From Anaerolineae bacterium (GTDB lineage Bacteria; Chloroflexota; Anaerolineae; Aggregatilineales; Phototrophicaceae), in assembly GCA_034432495.1 (NCBI GenBank), contig DAOUCB010000168.1, positions 5,527 through 69,526 on the forward strand: a DNA stretch of 64,000 nucleotides, given 5' to 3'. This document shows positions 45,506-55,751 of the stretch, piece by piece (the first letter of the stretch is position 1; each line of letters starts with the position of its first letter). Under the pieces are notes generated by a model. The model did not search any database. It was not told the origin of the DNA and was given only the letters and a program-made list of their open reading frames with translations. Made by a program: the position numbers and the translations under genes.

Positions 45506-46526
45506 GCTGAACGGCCTCCGTCGGCATTGGCTCATACAGCAGACAGCGCACCTGATGCGTCTCGTTAAGCTGTGTTATCGCTGGCTCGACCACGCTGCAA
45601 TGTGCCATCCGCTGCGTGCAGCGCGTATGAAAGGTGCAGCCGGACGGGCGTCGAAACGGACTGGGAACCATCCCCTGAATCGGGTCGAGTTCCTGCCGCT
45701 GCCCAGCGATGCGCGGAATCGACCGCAGCAGCGCCTGGGTATATGGATGCTTCGGACTGTTGAATAACGTATCCACGTCACTGTGTTCGGCAATCCGCCC
45801 CAGATACATGACCGCCACGTCATCGGCGATTTCCGCCACCACCCCCAAATCATGGGTGATGAACAGCACCGCCATACCGTAATCCGCTTGAAGTTTGCGC
45901 ATCAGCTTGAGAATCTGCGCCTGCGTCGTCACATCGAGCGCAGTTGTTGGCTCGTCGGCAATCAGCAGCGTCGGGTTGCAAGACAGCGCCATCGCGATCA
46001 TGGCACGCTGGCGCATCCCGCCGCTCAACCGAAAAGGGTATTCATCGACCAACCGCTCCGGTTTGGGAATCTCGACCAGCCGCAGCAGTTCAATCGCACG
46101 GTTGCGCGCTTCCTGCTTCGACATATCCTCGTGCAGCAAAATCGTCTCGATAATCTGGTTGCCAACAGTGTGCATCACGCTCAGCGATGACATCGGTTCC
46201 TGAAAAATCATCGAGATTTCCTTGCCGCGAATTTTGCGAATCGCCTTGCCTTTGGCGTCGAGTTGGGCAATGTCCACAATCTCCGTGCCGCCGCTCGGCA
46301 GCCGTTGATGGTAGAGCATCTGCCCGCCGACGATTTTGCCGGGGCTGCGCACGATTTTCAGAAAGGCACGGCTCGTCACGCTCTTGCCGCAGCCGCTTTC
46401 GCCGACCAGACACAGCGTCTTGCCGCGCTCAACCGTCAGATCGACGCCATCGACCGCTTTGACCGCGCCTTCGTCGGTGAAGAAGTGAATTCTTAAGTCC
46501 TTGACTTCGAGTAACGGTTCTGCCAT
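45498..46526 (-). CDS. Opp/Dpp-type ABC transporter ATP-binding protein (OppD-like)
   Basis: Walker A GESGCGKS, signature LSGGMRQRAMIAMAL, Walker B LIADEPT. C-terminal extension with CTFHTRC. Confidence 0.9.
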   Translation of the reverse strand: MAEPLLEVKDLRIHFFTDEGAVKAVDGVDLTVERGKTLCLVGESGCGKSVTSRAFLKIVRSPGKIVGGQMLYHQRLPSGGTEIVDIAQLDAKGKAIRKIRGKEISMIFQEPMSSLSVMHTVGNQIIETILLHEDMSKQEARNRAIELLRLVEIPKPERLVDEYPFRLSGGMRQRAMIAMALSCNPTLLIADEPTTALDVTTQAQILKLMRKLQADYGMAVLFITHDLGVVAEIADDVAVMYLGRIAEHSDVDTLFNSPKHPYTQALLRSIPRIAGQRQELDPIQGMVPSPFRRPSGCTFHTRCTQRMAHCSVVEPAITQLNETHQVRCLLYEPMPTEAVQHG

Positions 46527-46554
46527 TGATAAGTCTTTTCTCTAAGTCGAACGC

Positions 46555-46621
46555 AAGTTAAGTGTTAAAAGCGCGGCATTCGGCTCCGCTTTTAACTTTC
46601 GACTTTTAACTTTGAACTGTC
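46555..46621 (-). repeat. AT-rich heptad-periodic intercistronic repeat with hairpin (family A, copy 2)
   Basis: On the minus (sense) strand it starts right after the OppC-like stop with GACAGTTCAAAGT, identical to copy 1, followed by GTTAAAAGTCGAAAGTTAAAAGCG. GTTAAAAGCG (46564-46573) pairs perfectly with CGCTTTTAAC (46587-46596). Confidence 0.75.
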
Positions 46622-46622
46622 C

Positions 46623-47810
46623 TTAGTACGGATCTGCCGCGTCACGCAGGCCATCCCCCAGAAAGTTGAACGCCAGCACAATCGTGATCACCGCGAAAGC
46701 CGGAAACAGCAACCAGGGATACGACGCGATCACGTTGATGCGCTGCGCTTCCTGAAGCTGAACGCCCCAGCTTACCGCCGGAGGTCGCAGCCCCACACCG
46801 AGATAGCTCAGCGCCGTCTCCGCCAGAATCATCCCCGGCAGCGCCAGCGTGATCGAGGCAATGATGTGGCTGTAGAACGACGGCAGCATGTGCCGGAAAA
46901 TCAGTCGGCGTGATTTTGCTCCGTCCAGCCGCGCAGCCAGCACGAAATCTTCTTCGCGCAGCGCAAGGAATTTGCCGCGCACGACGCGCGCCAGCCCCGT
47001 CCAACTCGTGAACGCCAGCAGAATACTCACGATGAAATAGACCAGCAGCACATTCCAGTCAATCGGCACCAACGCTCCGAACGCGATGATAATCGGTAAG
47101 GCTGGCACAGACATCGTGATCTCGATCAAACGCTGAATGATGTTGTCCCAGAAACCACCCACCAGCCCGGAGATTCCGCCCAGAACAATGCCGAGCGTCA
47201 GGCTCAGCGCCACTCCCACCAGACCGATGCTCAGCGAAATCCGCGCACTGAAAATCACCCGACTGAACACGTCACGTCCGCTTTTATCCGCGCCCATCAG
47301 GTAAAAAGGCTGCCCGACCTCGTTCGGCCCAATCAGGTGAATATCGGTTGAGATAAAACCCCACAGCTTATAAGGCTCGCCATGAACAAACAGCCCAATC
47401 GGAATTTCGGCCTGGTCGTCCAGCTCCCAGATTTTCTTGAATGATTTCGGATCACGCTCGAACTTGTAGCCGTTAACATAGGGCGCGAACTGCCCGTTCT
47501 GGAATAAGTTGATCACCTGCGGCGGCGCGTAAGCATAGTCGGCAATGTAGGTCGAAGTTGAAACCGGAGCGAAAAAGTCGGCGAAGATAGCCACGAAATA
47601 AAACAGCAGCACCACAATCAGCCCGATCACAGCCAGACGGTGCTTGCGGAACTTCCACCACATCAACTGCCACTGCGACGCCACTTCTATCGACAGTTCG
47701 CCGTCGATTCCCTGGTCAACTGCTGGCGGATTCGGCGCAGGGGTCGAAATCGGGATTTCTCGTCGCTCCCCGCTTTCCGCTCCGTCCTGACGTTGACTGA
47801 TCGTACCCAT
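46623..47810 (-). CDS. Opp/Dpp-type ABC transporter permease (OppC-like)
   Basis: Polytopic permease with the family N-terminal domain. Start set at MGTISQ (ATG 47810), 10 nt after the OppB-like stop and preceded by AAGGAAAAAG. The track start at 47846 overlaps the upstream gene by 26 nt. Confidence 0.85.
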   Translation of the reverse strand: MGTISQRQDGAESGERREIPISTPAPNPPAVDQGIDGELSIEVASQWQLMWWKFRKHRLAVIGLIVVLLFYFVAIFADFFAPVSTSTYIADYAYAPPQVINLFQNGQFAPYVNGYKFERDPKSFKKIWELDDQAEIPIGLFVHGEPYKLWGFISTDIHLIGPNEVGQPFYLMGADKSGRDVFSRVIFSARISLSIGLVGVALSLTLGIVLGGISGLVGGFWDNIIQRLIEITMSVPALPIIIAFGALVPIDWNVLLVYFIVSILLAFTSWTGLARVVRGKFLALREEDFVLAARLDGAKSRRLIFRHMLPSFYSHIIASITLALPGMILAETALSYLGVGLRPPAVSWGVQLQEAQRINVIASYPWLLFPAFAVITIVLAFNFLGDGLRDAADPY

Positions 47811-47820
47811 GGCTTTTTCC

Positions 47821-48810
47821 TTATTCCAGGCGAATACGCGGGTCAAGCACTGCCAGCAGCACGTCCGAGAGGAAGGTACCGATGACAGTCAGAAAACTCA
47901 GCATCAGGATGAAGCCCGCCGCCACGAACAAATCCTGCTGAAGGAGCGCGTTCAGCAAAACCGGCCCCGATGTCGGCAGATTCATGACCACCGAGACAAT
48001 CACTTCCCCGGCGACCAGCCCCGGCAGCACCCAGCCAATCGTGCTGACAAACGGGTTGAGTGCGTAACGCACCGGGTATTTCCAGAGCAAGCGCCATTCC
48101 GACATTCCTTTGGCGCGTGCGGTATCAACGTAAGGTCGGTTAAGTTCGTCCAGAAGATTAGCGCGCATGGTACGGATCAAGCCCGCCACGCCTGCCAGCC
48201 CGATAATGATCACAGGTATCCAGATATGCTTGAGTAAATCGACAAATCGACCCAGACTCCACGGAGCAGTCGCATATTCCTGCGAAAATAACCCGCTCAG
48301 CGTCTGCCCGGTATAGCGATAGCTGAAGTACATGACAATCAGCGCGAACAGAAAATTCGGGATCGCCAGCCCGATCATGCCCAAAAACGTCGCAATGTAA
48401 TCGCCCAGCGAGTACTTGCTGACGGCTGAATACACACCGATTGGCAAAGCAACCACCCAGATGAACAGCACCGACGAAATCGTCAGCATAAACGTCATCG
48501 GCAGCCGTTCCGAGATAATGTCGGCGGCATCGCGCTTGAACGTCAGCGAATAACCGAAGTTGCCTTTGGTGACGATATTGCGTATCCATTTGAAGTATTG
48601 CACGGGTACGGAATCGTTCAGGCCATATTGTTCGCGCATCTGCTCGATAACTTCGGGCTTAATTTCATTCACGCCCTGCGACATCATCTGCGACACCAGC
48701 GAAGTCACATAATCGCCCGGTGGAAGCTGAATCACCGCAAACGCCACCACCGTAACGATCCACACCGTAAAAATCATGTACAGGAAGCGGCGAATTAAAT
48801 ATTTTTTCAC
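47821..48810 (-). CDS. Opp/Dpp-type ABC transporter permease (OppB-like)
   Basis: MKKYLIRRFLYMIFTVWIVTVVAF is a typical OppB/DppB N-terminus. Six predicted helices. EAA-like loop DTARAKGMSEWRLLWKY. Confidence 0.9.
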   Translation of the reverse strand: MKKYLIRRFLYMIFTVWIVTVVAFAVIQLPPGDYVTSLVSQMMSQGVNEIKPEVIEQMREQYGLNDSVPVQYFKWIRNIVTKGNFGYSLTFKRDAADIISERLPMTFMLTISSVLFIWVVALPIGVYSAVSKYSLGDYIATFLGMIGLAIPNFLFALIVMYFSYRYTGQTLSGLFSQEYATAPWSLGRFVDLLKHIWIPVIIIGLAGVAGLIRTMRANLLDELNRPYVDTARAKGMSEWRLLWKYPVRYALNPFVSTIGWVLPGLVAGEVIVSVVMNLPTSGPVLLNALLQQDLFVAAGFILMLSFLTVIGTFLSDVLLAVLDPRIRLE

Positions 48811-48960
48811 GACTATTTTCCCTCAGTCAACCAACCCTTACCGCGATCCCGTTCAGAAACCCAATCCATTTTTGAAACTGCATCCTACGCGCTCTATATC
48901 GGTGTTTGCTCCTCTTTCCCATCTTGTGTGCGAGGAGGAAGCGGGGAGCGGGAATTGGAG

Positions 48961-48982
48961 GGGGCGCAGCTTACTGCGCCCC
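48961..48982. repeat. GC hairpin after the family-5 SBP gene
   Basis: GGGGCGCAG-ctta-CTGCGCCCC, a perfect 9-bp stem, 16 nt beyond the SBP stop on the minus strand. No T-tract. Lies in the 187-bp SBP-permease spacer. Confidence 0.55.
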
Positions 48983-48997
48983 TCGCTCAATACTGCT

Positions 48998-50947
48998 TTA
49001 TTCTGTCAGGTACCATTGTTCTGGATAGGTGAGCTTCTGAACGCCTTCGATCCATCCGGCGATCCAGGTTTCCGGTTGGTTACCCAGCCTCTGATTGTAG
49101 GGCTGATAGCCCGGAGCAGGCCGCGCGATGCCGATCACCCAGAAGTTGTCCGCCGCGATTTGCAGAACCTTCTTCATCTGCTCGATCTGGCCGTCCTGGG
49201 TGGGCTGCTGCGCAACGGCGTCATAAACCGCGCGAATGTCCTTGATTTCCTGCGGCGGCTCGACCTGAACGGTGTTGGCGGCTTTCACGCGCCAGTTGTA
49301 CCAGCCGTTGCTGAACATGCCGAAATATTCCATCGGCGTGAAATAGCGCGGGTCAAGAATCGCCGTCAAACCAGCGCCGCCTTCGCCCGTATACAGGGTC
49401 GCCTGAAGATCATTCTGGTCTTTATGCGTCTTGAACTCAGCGTCTGCCATCGAATTGAGGGTCACATCGACGCCAACTGCTTTCCAGTAGCCGATCAGCA
49501 GTTCAGCCGTTTGCACCCAGTTCGTGCCGTAGGACAGGTCGTTCGAAACCGTCATGACAATCGACAGCGGAGATCCATCCGGGCGCAGACGCATTCCGTT
49601 CGCATCCTTGTCGGGAATGACTTTGTCGAGTGCTGCGTTCGCCTTATCGACATCGTATTCGGTGTACTGAGTCGCAAGCTGTTCGTTGTACAGCGGCGAG
49701 CTTTCCAGCGGGCCAACCTGCGAGGGTTTGCCCTGACCGTTGTAGACGATGTTGATGATCTCCGGGCGGTTAATCGCATAGGACATGCCAATGCGGAAAT
49801 CCTTGTTACTGAAAATGTCCGCCAGCCCTTGATCCGCATACGTCTCATTGAAGTGGATCGACTGCGAATTTGCGCCGTCCGAAATAGCCGCCGAAATCTT
49901 GATCGGCGCGCCGTTGTCCACCGCATCGAAATACAGGATACGGTTGTCGTCGCCGGGGTCTTTCACGTAATCCAGGTCGCCGTTGACCATTGCCAGCGTG
50001 CGCGCCTGATTATCCTGATAGGAAATGCCCGTGATGTTATCGACATACGGCAGTTGGTTGCCTTCGCTGTCAACTTTCCAGTAGTAGGGGTTGCGCGCCA
50101 TCGCCATCTGTGTGTTGCCACCCAGCACCGAAGTCGGAACCCAGGGGAACAGCAGCGGACGATCCAGATTGTTCCAGTAATTGTTCGTGTCGTCGGTGGG
50201 GCCAGACGCCTTCTTGTTGAACAGACCCACCCAGTCCTGCACGCCTTCTTCAGCCGCCACTAGTGCGTCAATGCCATCCGGGTTATAGGTCTTGTGGAAC
50301 TGCATCAGCCAATGCTTCGGATACCAGGTAATCTGGCGTCCCGACCAGGTCGCGAGGTTGTACAGGAACGTGCCATAGGGGTGCGCAAACGTGAACTTGA
50401 CTGTTTGGTCGTCAATCTTTTCGGCCTTAAAGTCCGCTGCGCCGTCCTGGGGCAGCCAGTCTGCTGCTGGGCCGCTGGGGTTGAGATCAGCATTGAAGAC
50501 CACATCGTTGATGTAGAACATGATGTCGTCAGCGTTGAAATCCACACCGTCCGACCACTTCATGCCTTTGCGCAGATGGAAAGTGTACTGCGTCACGTCA
50601 TCGCTGACGTCCCAGCTCTCGGCGATATTCGGCACGACGCCCGAAAAATCAGGTGCCCACGACACCAGGTTTTCCCAGCCCGCGATATACCACAGTCCGC
50701 CCCAGCCCGGATTACTACCGGTGAAGCCAACGCGCATCGTACCGCCGTACTGACCGACTTCGTTGGTCGGTGTGACCACATCGGGGTTTTCCGGCAGGCG
50801 GTCGGCAACAGCCGGGAGTGTCCCCGCCGTAACGTCCGCATCCAGCATCGGTGATTGTTTGTAGGTCATCTGGGCGGAAATCACCGACGTTCCAAAAACG
50901 CCCACAATCAGCAGAATACTCAGGAAAAATAAGGCTTTGTTTCTCAT
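48998..50947 (-). CDS. family-5 (peptide/oligosaccharide/nickel) extracellular solute-binding protein
   Basis: Signal peptide MRNKALFFLSILLIVGVFGTSVISAQ. 649 aa, larger than classic OppA/DppA. First gene of the opp-like operon. Confidence 0.8.
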   Translation of the reverse strand: MRNKALFFLSILLIVGVFGTSVISAQMTYKQSPMLDADVTAGTLPAVADRLPENPDVVTPTNEVGQYGGTMRVGFTGSNPGWGGLWYIAGWENLVSWAPDFSGVVPNIAESWDVSDDVTQYTFHLRKGMKWSDGVDFNADDIMFYINDVVFNADLNPSGPAADWLPQDGAADFKAEKIDDQTVKFTFAHPYGTFLYNLATWSGRQITWYPKHWLMQFHKTYNPDGIDALVAAEEGVQDWVGLFNKKASGPTDDTNNYWNNLDRPLLFPWVPTSVLGGNTQMAMARNPYYWKVDSEGNQLPYVDNITGISYQDNQARTLAMVNGDLDYVKDPGDDNRILYFDAVDNGAPIKISAAISDGANSQSIHFNETYADQGLADIFSNKDFRIGMSYAINRPEIINIVYNGQGKPSQVGPLESSPLYNEQLATQYTEYDVDKANAALDKVIPDKDANGMRLRPDGSPLSIVMTVSNDLSYGTNWVQTAELLIGYWKAVGVDVTLNSMADAEFKTHKDQNDLQATLYTGEGGAGLTAILDPRYFTPMEYFGMFSNGWYNWRVKAANTVQVEPPQEIKDIRAVYDAVAQQPTQDGQIEQMKKVLQIAADNFWVIGIARPAPGYQPYNQRLGNQPETWIAGWIEGVQKLTYPEQWYLTE

Positions 50948-51197
50948 ACTCTATTTTGCTCCCATTGCAAAACGCTTCTGAAGAGGTGCGTGCAGTTCTA
51001 CCCCTAACCAACCCCTACGCCTCTCTCCTTCATGGTGCTACAATGAGAGACGAAAAGGGTCTGACCTTGATTCTTATCGACTCAAATCCGGCTCCTTTCA
51101 CTCTGTACCGTTTGGCCGGGCGCTGGGAAGCAGACGTTAACCCTTTGGCGAGGAGTGTCTGTCTTCTCCGTGTCCGGTCAAACGCATTCAAACTTGC

Positions 51198-52256
51198 TCA
51201 GGCGGGTTGTTCTTGCCTGTTGCTGCACCGGGTAACCGATTCACGCACAATCAATCGTGTTCCGACGAGTGTGGTGATCGGGGGACGTTCGAGATTCGCC
51301 GCATGTTCGTAAAGTTGGCGCACCGCCAGCGCACCCATCAGTTCCTTGTCGATGCGCATGGTCGTCAGCGGCGGTTGTGTGGTCTGCGCGAGTTCCGTAT
51401 CGTCGAAACCCACCACTGAAATATCCTCCGGGACGCGCAGCCCCAGCTCATGACACACATCAATCACTTGAATCGCTACGTCGTCGCTGCATCCGAGTAC
51501 TGCTGTCAGCTTCGATTCGCGCTGAAGCAGACGGAGCGCGGCACTCCGCGAATTCTCGTGATACAGGTTGCTGTCTTCGATGTATGTCTCGTGGATTCCA
51601 TGCGCCGCCAGCGCCTTGAGATACCCTTCGCGCCGCTGGCTAATGCCAGGATGTTCCGGGCTAACGGTGCTGCTGCCCACCAACCCAATATGCCGATGTC
51701 CCTGCTCGATCAAGTGGGAAACGGCCTCATAAGCGCCGCTGACGTTGTGGCTGATTACCGTGTCGAATTCACTGTTCGTGGCGAAGGCATCGACCAGAAC
51801 AACCGGCAAGTGATGCGGGATGCGGTCAGTAATCAGCGAATCGCTGAACACCACGCCGATAATCGCCAGCGCATCGACATCACCGTTTTCCAGCAGCGGC
51901 GACCAGGCGGTCGCAGAACTGGCTTCGTCAACCGGGATACTGGCGTACATCAGGTTCAGCCCCAGCCGCGCGCACTCGTCTTCGATTCCGCACAGGATGG
52001 CATAGTTGAATGGATCAATTCGGGGGTGTTGGCCGGGGTCGCGCTTGACGGCGACGCCAATGCTGTTGATGCGGGCGGCGACCGTCGTCGCCATCCGAAT
52101 CTGAAGCTTATAGCCGAGGTCAGCCGCAGCTTTCAGCACCAAAGAGCGGGTGGCAGGCAAAACGTTGGATTTGTTGTTGAGCGCGCGCGACGCAGTTCCG
52201 AGAGAGACTCCCGCCGTCTGCGCAACGTCTCGTAAAGAAGGCGCTGTTTTTGCCAT
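51198..52256 (-). CDS. LacI-family transcriptional regulator
   Basis: HTH SLRDVAQTAGVSLGTASRALNN plus a sugar-binding PBP fold. Start moved to MAKTAPS (ATG 52256). The track start adds 22 residues. Confidence 0.85.
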   Translation of the reverse strand: MAKTAPSLRDVAQTAGVSLGTASRALNNKSNVLPATRSLVLKAAADLGYKLQIRMATTVAARINSIGVAVKRDPGQHPRIDPFNYAILCGIEDECARLGLNLMYASIPVDEASSATAWSPLLENGDVDALAIIGVVFSDSLITDRIPHHLPVVLVDAFATNSEFDTVISHNVSGAYEAVSHLIEQGHRHIGLVGSSTVSPEHPGISQRREGYLKALAAHGIHETYIEDSNLYHENSRSAALRLLQRESKLTAVLGCSDDVAIQVIDVCHELGLRVPEDISVVGFDDTELAQTTQPPLTTMRIDKELMGALAVRQLYEHAANLERPPITTLVGTRLIVRESVTRCSNRQEQPA

Positions 52257-52363
52257 AACCAATTTATCTGCTAGAATTATTTTTATGAAACATGTTCTAT
52301 GAACAGTTTTAGAGTAATGCAAATTAAATCGGCTGTCAACAAGTTTTGGGGATTGTGTAAATT

Positions 52364-53227
52364 ATGAGTAACTATTCTCTTTCGGACGAACAGGTGCAGC
52401 ATTTCATCGAATATGGTTTCGTTCACCTGACCGACTGCTTCGACAAAGACTTTGCCCAGCAGTGGACAGATGCAGCCTTTCCACGCCTCGGCTACGACAA
52501 GGACGATCCCTCCACATGGGAAAAACCGATCATCCACATGCCCAATCAGGACTGGGTTCAGGTCAAGGAGTTCTCCCCCAAAGCCTACAGCGCTATCTGC
52601 CAGTTGCTCGGTGGCGAAGAGCGCATCCGCGAAAATCCCCGTTGGGCCAACGGCTTCATCGTTAATTTTTCGCTTGGCGCAGACCGCGAATGGATTCCGC
52701 CCTCACCTGAATCCGGCGGTTGGCACAAAGATGGCGATTTCTTCTGGCACTTCCTCGACAGTCCTGAACAGGGCTTGCTCGTCATCGTGATCTGGAAGGA
52801 CATTCAGCCGCGCGGCGGCGGAACCTTCATCGCCCCCGATTCGATCAAGCCTGTCGCCGAGCATCTGCTTGCCGACCAGACCGGTATTCATCCCTTCATT
52901 GGTGGCTGGGGCGACCTGATCACTCAGTGTCACGACTTCCGCGAAGTTACGGGCAAGGTGGGTGACGTCATCCTGATGCATCCCTACATGCTCCACGCCT
53001 CATCGCAGAATCACAGCGGCATTGCCCGCTTCATCACCAATCCGCCCGTTGCCCTGCGCGAGCCAATGAACTTCAACCGCGAGAATCCGGCGGATTTCTC
53101 TCCGGTCGAACAGGCAGTGCTCCACGCGCTTGGCGTCGAACGGCTCGACTATCATCCGCAGGCCGAGCGCCGTCCCTTTAACTCCAAAGCCTATCGCGAA
53201 GCTCAGGCCGCCAAACAAAAAACATAG
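52364..53227 (+). CDS. PhyH-like Fe(II)/2-oxoglutarate-dependent oxygenase
   Basis: HxD in GGWHKDGDFF and a distal His in ILMHPYMLHASSQN. Divergent from the LacI gene. Confidence 0.6.
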   Translation: MSNYSLSDEQVQHFIEYGFVHLTDCFDKDFAQQWTDAAFPRLGYDKDDPSTWEKPIIHMPNQDWVQVKEFSPKAYSAICQLLGGEERIRENPRWANGFIVNFSLGADREWIPPSPESGGWHKDGDFFWHFLDSPEQGLLVIVIWKDIQPRGGGTFIAPDSIKPVAEHLLADQTGIHPFIGGWGDLITQCHDFREVTGKVGDVILMHPYMLHASSQNHSGIARFITNPPVALREPMNFNRENPADFSPVEQAVLHALGVERLDYHPQAERRPFNSKAYREAQAAKQKT

Positions 53228-53395
53228 CCACACCCTGGCGGCTTCAAACGAGCAGCAGGCATCTCGCAGGGGCACGATACGATACCGCGTGCCCTCTTCT
53301 AGAATGCTCCACCGCACCATCGAGCGTGCGTGTGATGCGCTGTCGCGTTATCCTAGTAATAACGTTTCACTCGCCCTGCATAGGAGCGGCTCACC

Positions 53396-54343
53396 ATGAA
53401 AACTCAACCCTTAGGTGCCACGGGCATCGAAGTCAGCACCATGTGTCTTGGAGCCATGTTCTTCGGCACACGCACGCCCAAAGATGCCTCCCATCGTGTC
53501 CTGGATCGCTATCTCGATGCGGGTGGCACGTTTATCGACACCGCCAATATTTATGCTTCGTGGGTACCAGGCTTCGTCGGCGGCGAAAGTGAAACTCTGC
53601 TCGGCGACTGGATGCGCGTGCGCGGCAACCGCTCCGAACTCTTCATCGCCTCGAAAGTCGGTTTTGGCTATCCTGGCGTTGAAATTGGCCTCAGCGCACA
53701 GCAAATTGAGGACGAATGCAACAAGAGCCTCAAACGTCTCGGCGTCGAAACGATTGATCTCTATTACGGTCACGTAGATGATCGCAAAACCCCGCTCGAA
53801 GAAACCCTGCAAGCCTTCGACAAACTCGTCCGAGCGGGCAAAGTTCGCTTCGTGGGCGCAAGCAACTATCGCGCCTGGCGCTTGGAGAAGGCGAAAACGC
53901 TCGCTGAGGTGAACGGCTGGACGGCTTTTTGCTGCGTCCAGCAGCGCTACACCTATCTGCCGCTCCGTCACGGCGGCGACATCGGCAGGCAGGTGATGAC
54001 CAACGAAGACTTGCTCGATTACTGCCGCAGCACGGACATGACTCTGCTGGCCTATTCGGTACTGCTCGCAGGAGCTTATACTCGCTCTGATCGCCCTGTA
54101 CCGGAAGCCTTTGCCGACGCTGAAAGTGGTCAGCGCCTCGCACTGCTTTCTCAGGTCGCTCAGGAACTCGGCGCGACGGCGAATCAGGTCGTTCTCTGCT
54201 GGGCGATGCAGTCCTCACCCGCCATTCTCCCTTTAATCGCCGCCAGCAGCGAAGCCCAGCTCGACGAAAATCTCGGTGCGCTCGATTTGCGCCTCAGCGA
54301 TGATCAGATGCAGCGCCTCAATCAGGCTGTAGGCGTCCGTTAA
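53396..54343 (+). CDS. aldo/keto reductase
   Basis: AKR catalytic elements: FIDTANIY (Tyr), IASKVG (Lys), YYGHVDD (His). AGGAG lies upstream. Confidence 0.85.
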   Translation: MKTQPLGATGIEVSTMCLGAMFFGTRTPKDASHRVLDRYLDAGGTFIDTANIYASWVPGFVGGESETLLGDWMRVRGNRSELFIASKVGFGYPGVEIGLSAQQIEDECNKSLKRLGVETIDLYYGHVDDRKTPLEETLQAFDKLVRAGKVRFVGASNYRAWRLEKAKTLAEVNGWTAFCCVQQRYTYLPLRHGGDIGRQVMTNEDLLDYCRSTDMTLLAYSVLLAGAYTRSDRPVPEAFADAESGQRLALLSQVAQELGATANQVVLCWAMQSSPAILPLIAASSEAQLDENLGALDLRLSDDQMQRLNQAVGVR

Positions 54344-54344
54344 A

Positions 54345-55751
54345 ATGCTGCCTCGTCTCAGCCGAACGACGGCTCAAGCCCCATCCATGCATCCCGAACG
54401 CATCGTCCAGTTTGGCGGCGGCAATTTTCTGCGCGCCTTCGTCGAACCCATCATCGAGACGCTCAATCAGCAGGCTGCATTCGCCAGCAGCGTCGTCATC
54501 GTCAAAGCCACGCCGCATGGTTCCTACGACGACCTGATGGCACAGGATGGCCTTTATCACGTTCGCCTGCATGATCTGGTAAACGGTCAGCCTGTCGCCC
54601 ACACCCAGTTGATCACCTGCGTCAGCCGCACCGTTAATCCATATGCCGACTACGCCTCGTATCTCAGCTTTGCCCGCCAGCCGGAGATCCGTTTCATCGT
54701 CTCCAACACCACCGAAGCAGGCATCGCTTTCGACCCCGCCGCCGACTTCCAAGATCGTCCGTCCGTCAACTTTCCCGCCAAGCTGACCGCCTTCCTCTAC
54801 GAACGTTATCGCAGCGGCTTGTCAGGCTGCATCATCCTGCCCACCGAACTCATCGAAGACAACGGCACACAGTTGAAGCAGTTTGTCCTCCAGTACGCCG
54901 CGCTTTGGCAGCTTGATCCGGCCTTCGCCGCCTGGCTTGAATCGGACAATCTGTTTTGCAACACGCTTGTGGATCGCATCGTTTCCGGCTTCCCCAAAAC
55001 AGGCAGCGCAGCCATTTTTCAACAGCTTGGTTTTGAGGATCGCCTTTTCGTTGAGGGTGAAGCCTATCACAGTTGGGTTATTGAAGCGCCGCCCGCACTC
55101 GCCGACGAGCTTCCCATCACCCAAACAGATCTCAACATCAAAATCGTCGCCGATGTGCGCCCCTACCGCGAAATGAAAGTGCGCATCCTCAACGGTGCGC
55201 ACACCTCGCTGGTTCCGCTGGGGACGTTCCTCGGCTTGGAGACTGTTCGGCAGGCGGTAGAAGATGATATTCTAGGCGAATTCCTCTACCATTTGCTGTT
55301 TGAGGAAATCATCCCGACGCTCAACATGCCCGAAGCTGCACCCTTCGCCGAGTCGGTTCTCGCCCGCTTCCGCAATCCGTTTCTTCAACATCGCTTGCAG
55401 AGCATCGCCTTGAATTCGCTCTCCAAGTTTCGCGCCCGCCTGCTGCCTTCGCTAATTGACTATACGAACCAGCAAGGCAATCTTCCTGACCGTCTTATTC
55501 TCGTCTTTGCCGTGCTGATTCGCTTTTACAAAGGCGAATGGCACGGTCAGCCGATCCCGCTCAACGACGATCCCGCACAAATCGCATGGTTTCGCCAACT
55601 GTGGGAATCAAACGTTTCAGCACGCGAACTTTGCGAGGAGGTCGTGCGCAATCAAGCACTTTGGGGAACCGATCTCTCCATCATTCCCGGCTTAACTGAC
55701 GCACTCGCCGCGCAGCTTGAACATATCGAAACCGAGGGAACTATTCTCTAA
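54345..55751 (+). CDS. mannitol-dehydrogenase-family oxidoreductase (tagaturonate/altronate oxidoreductase UxaB-like)
   Basis: N-terminal dinucleotide fold IVQFGGGNFLRAF. About 470 aa. The ATG lies 1 nt after the AKR stop. Confidence 0.75.
   Translation: MLPRLSRTTAQAPSMHPERIVQFGGGNFLRAFVEPIIETLNQQAAFASSVVIVKATPHGSYDDLMAQDGLYHVRLHDLVNGQPVAHTQLITCVSRTVNPYADYASYLSFARQPEIRFIVSNTTEAGIAFDPAADFQDRPSVNFPAKLTAFLYERYRSGLSGCIILPTELIEDNGTQLKQFVLQYAALWQLDPAFAAWLESDNLFCNTLVDRIVSGFPKTGSAAIFQQLGFEDRLFVEGEAYHSWVIEAPPALADELPITQTDLNIKIVADVRPYREMKVRILNGAHTSLVPLGTFLGLETVRQAVEDDILGEFLYHLLFEEIIPTLNMPEAAPFAESVLARFRNPFLQHRLQSIALNSLSKFRARLLPSLIDYTNQQGNLPDRLILVFAVLIRFYKGEWHGQPIPLNDDPAQIAWFRQLWESNVSARELCEEVVRNQALWGTDLSIIPGLTDALAAQLEHIETEGTIL

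Noticed and set aside
48776-50263. 495-aa plus-strand ORF opposite the family-5 SBP
   Set aside because: Antisense shadow with low-complexity Arg/Val/His composition. The minus-strand SBP has a signal peptide and operon context.
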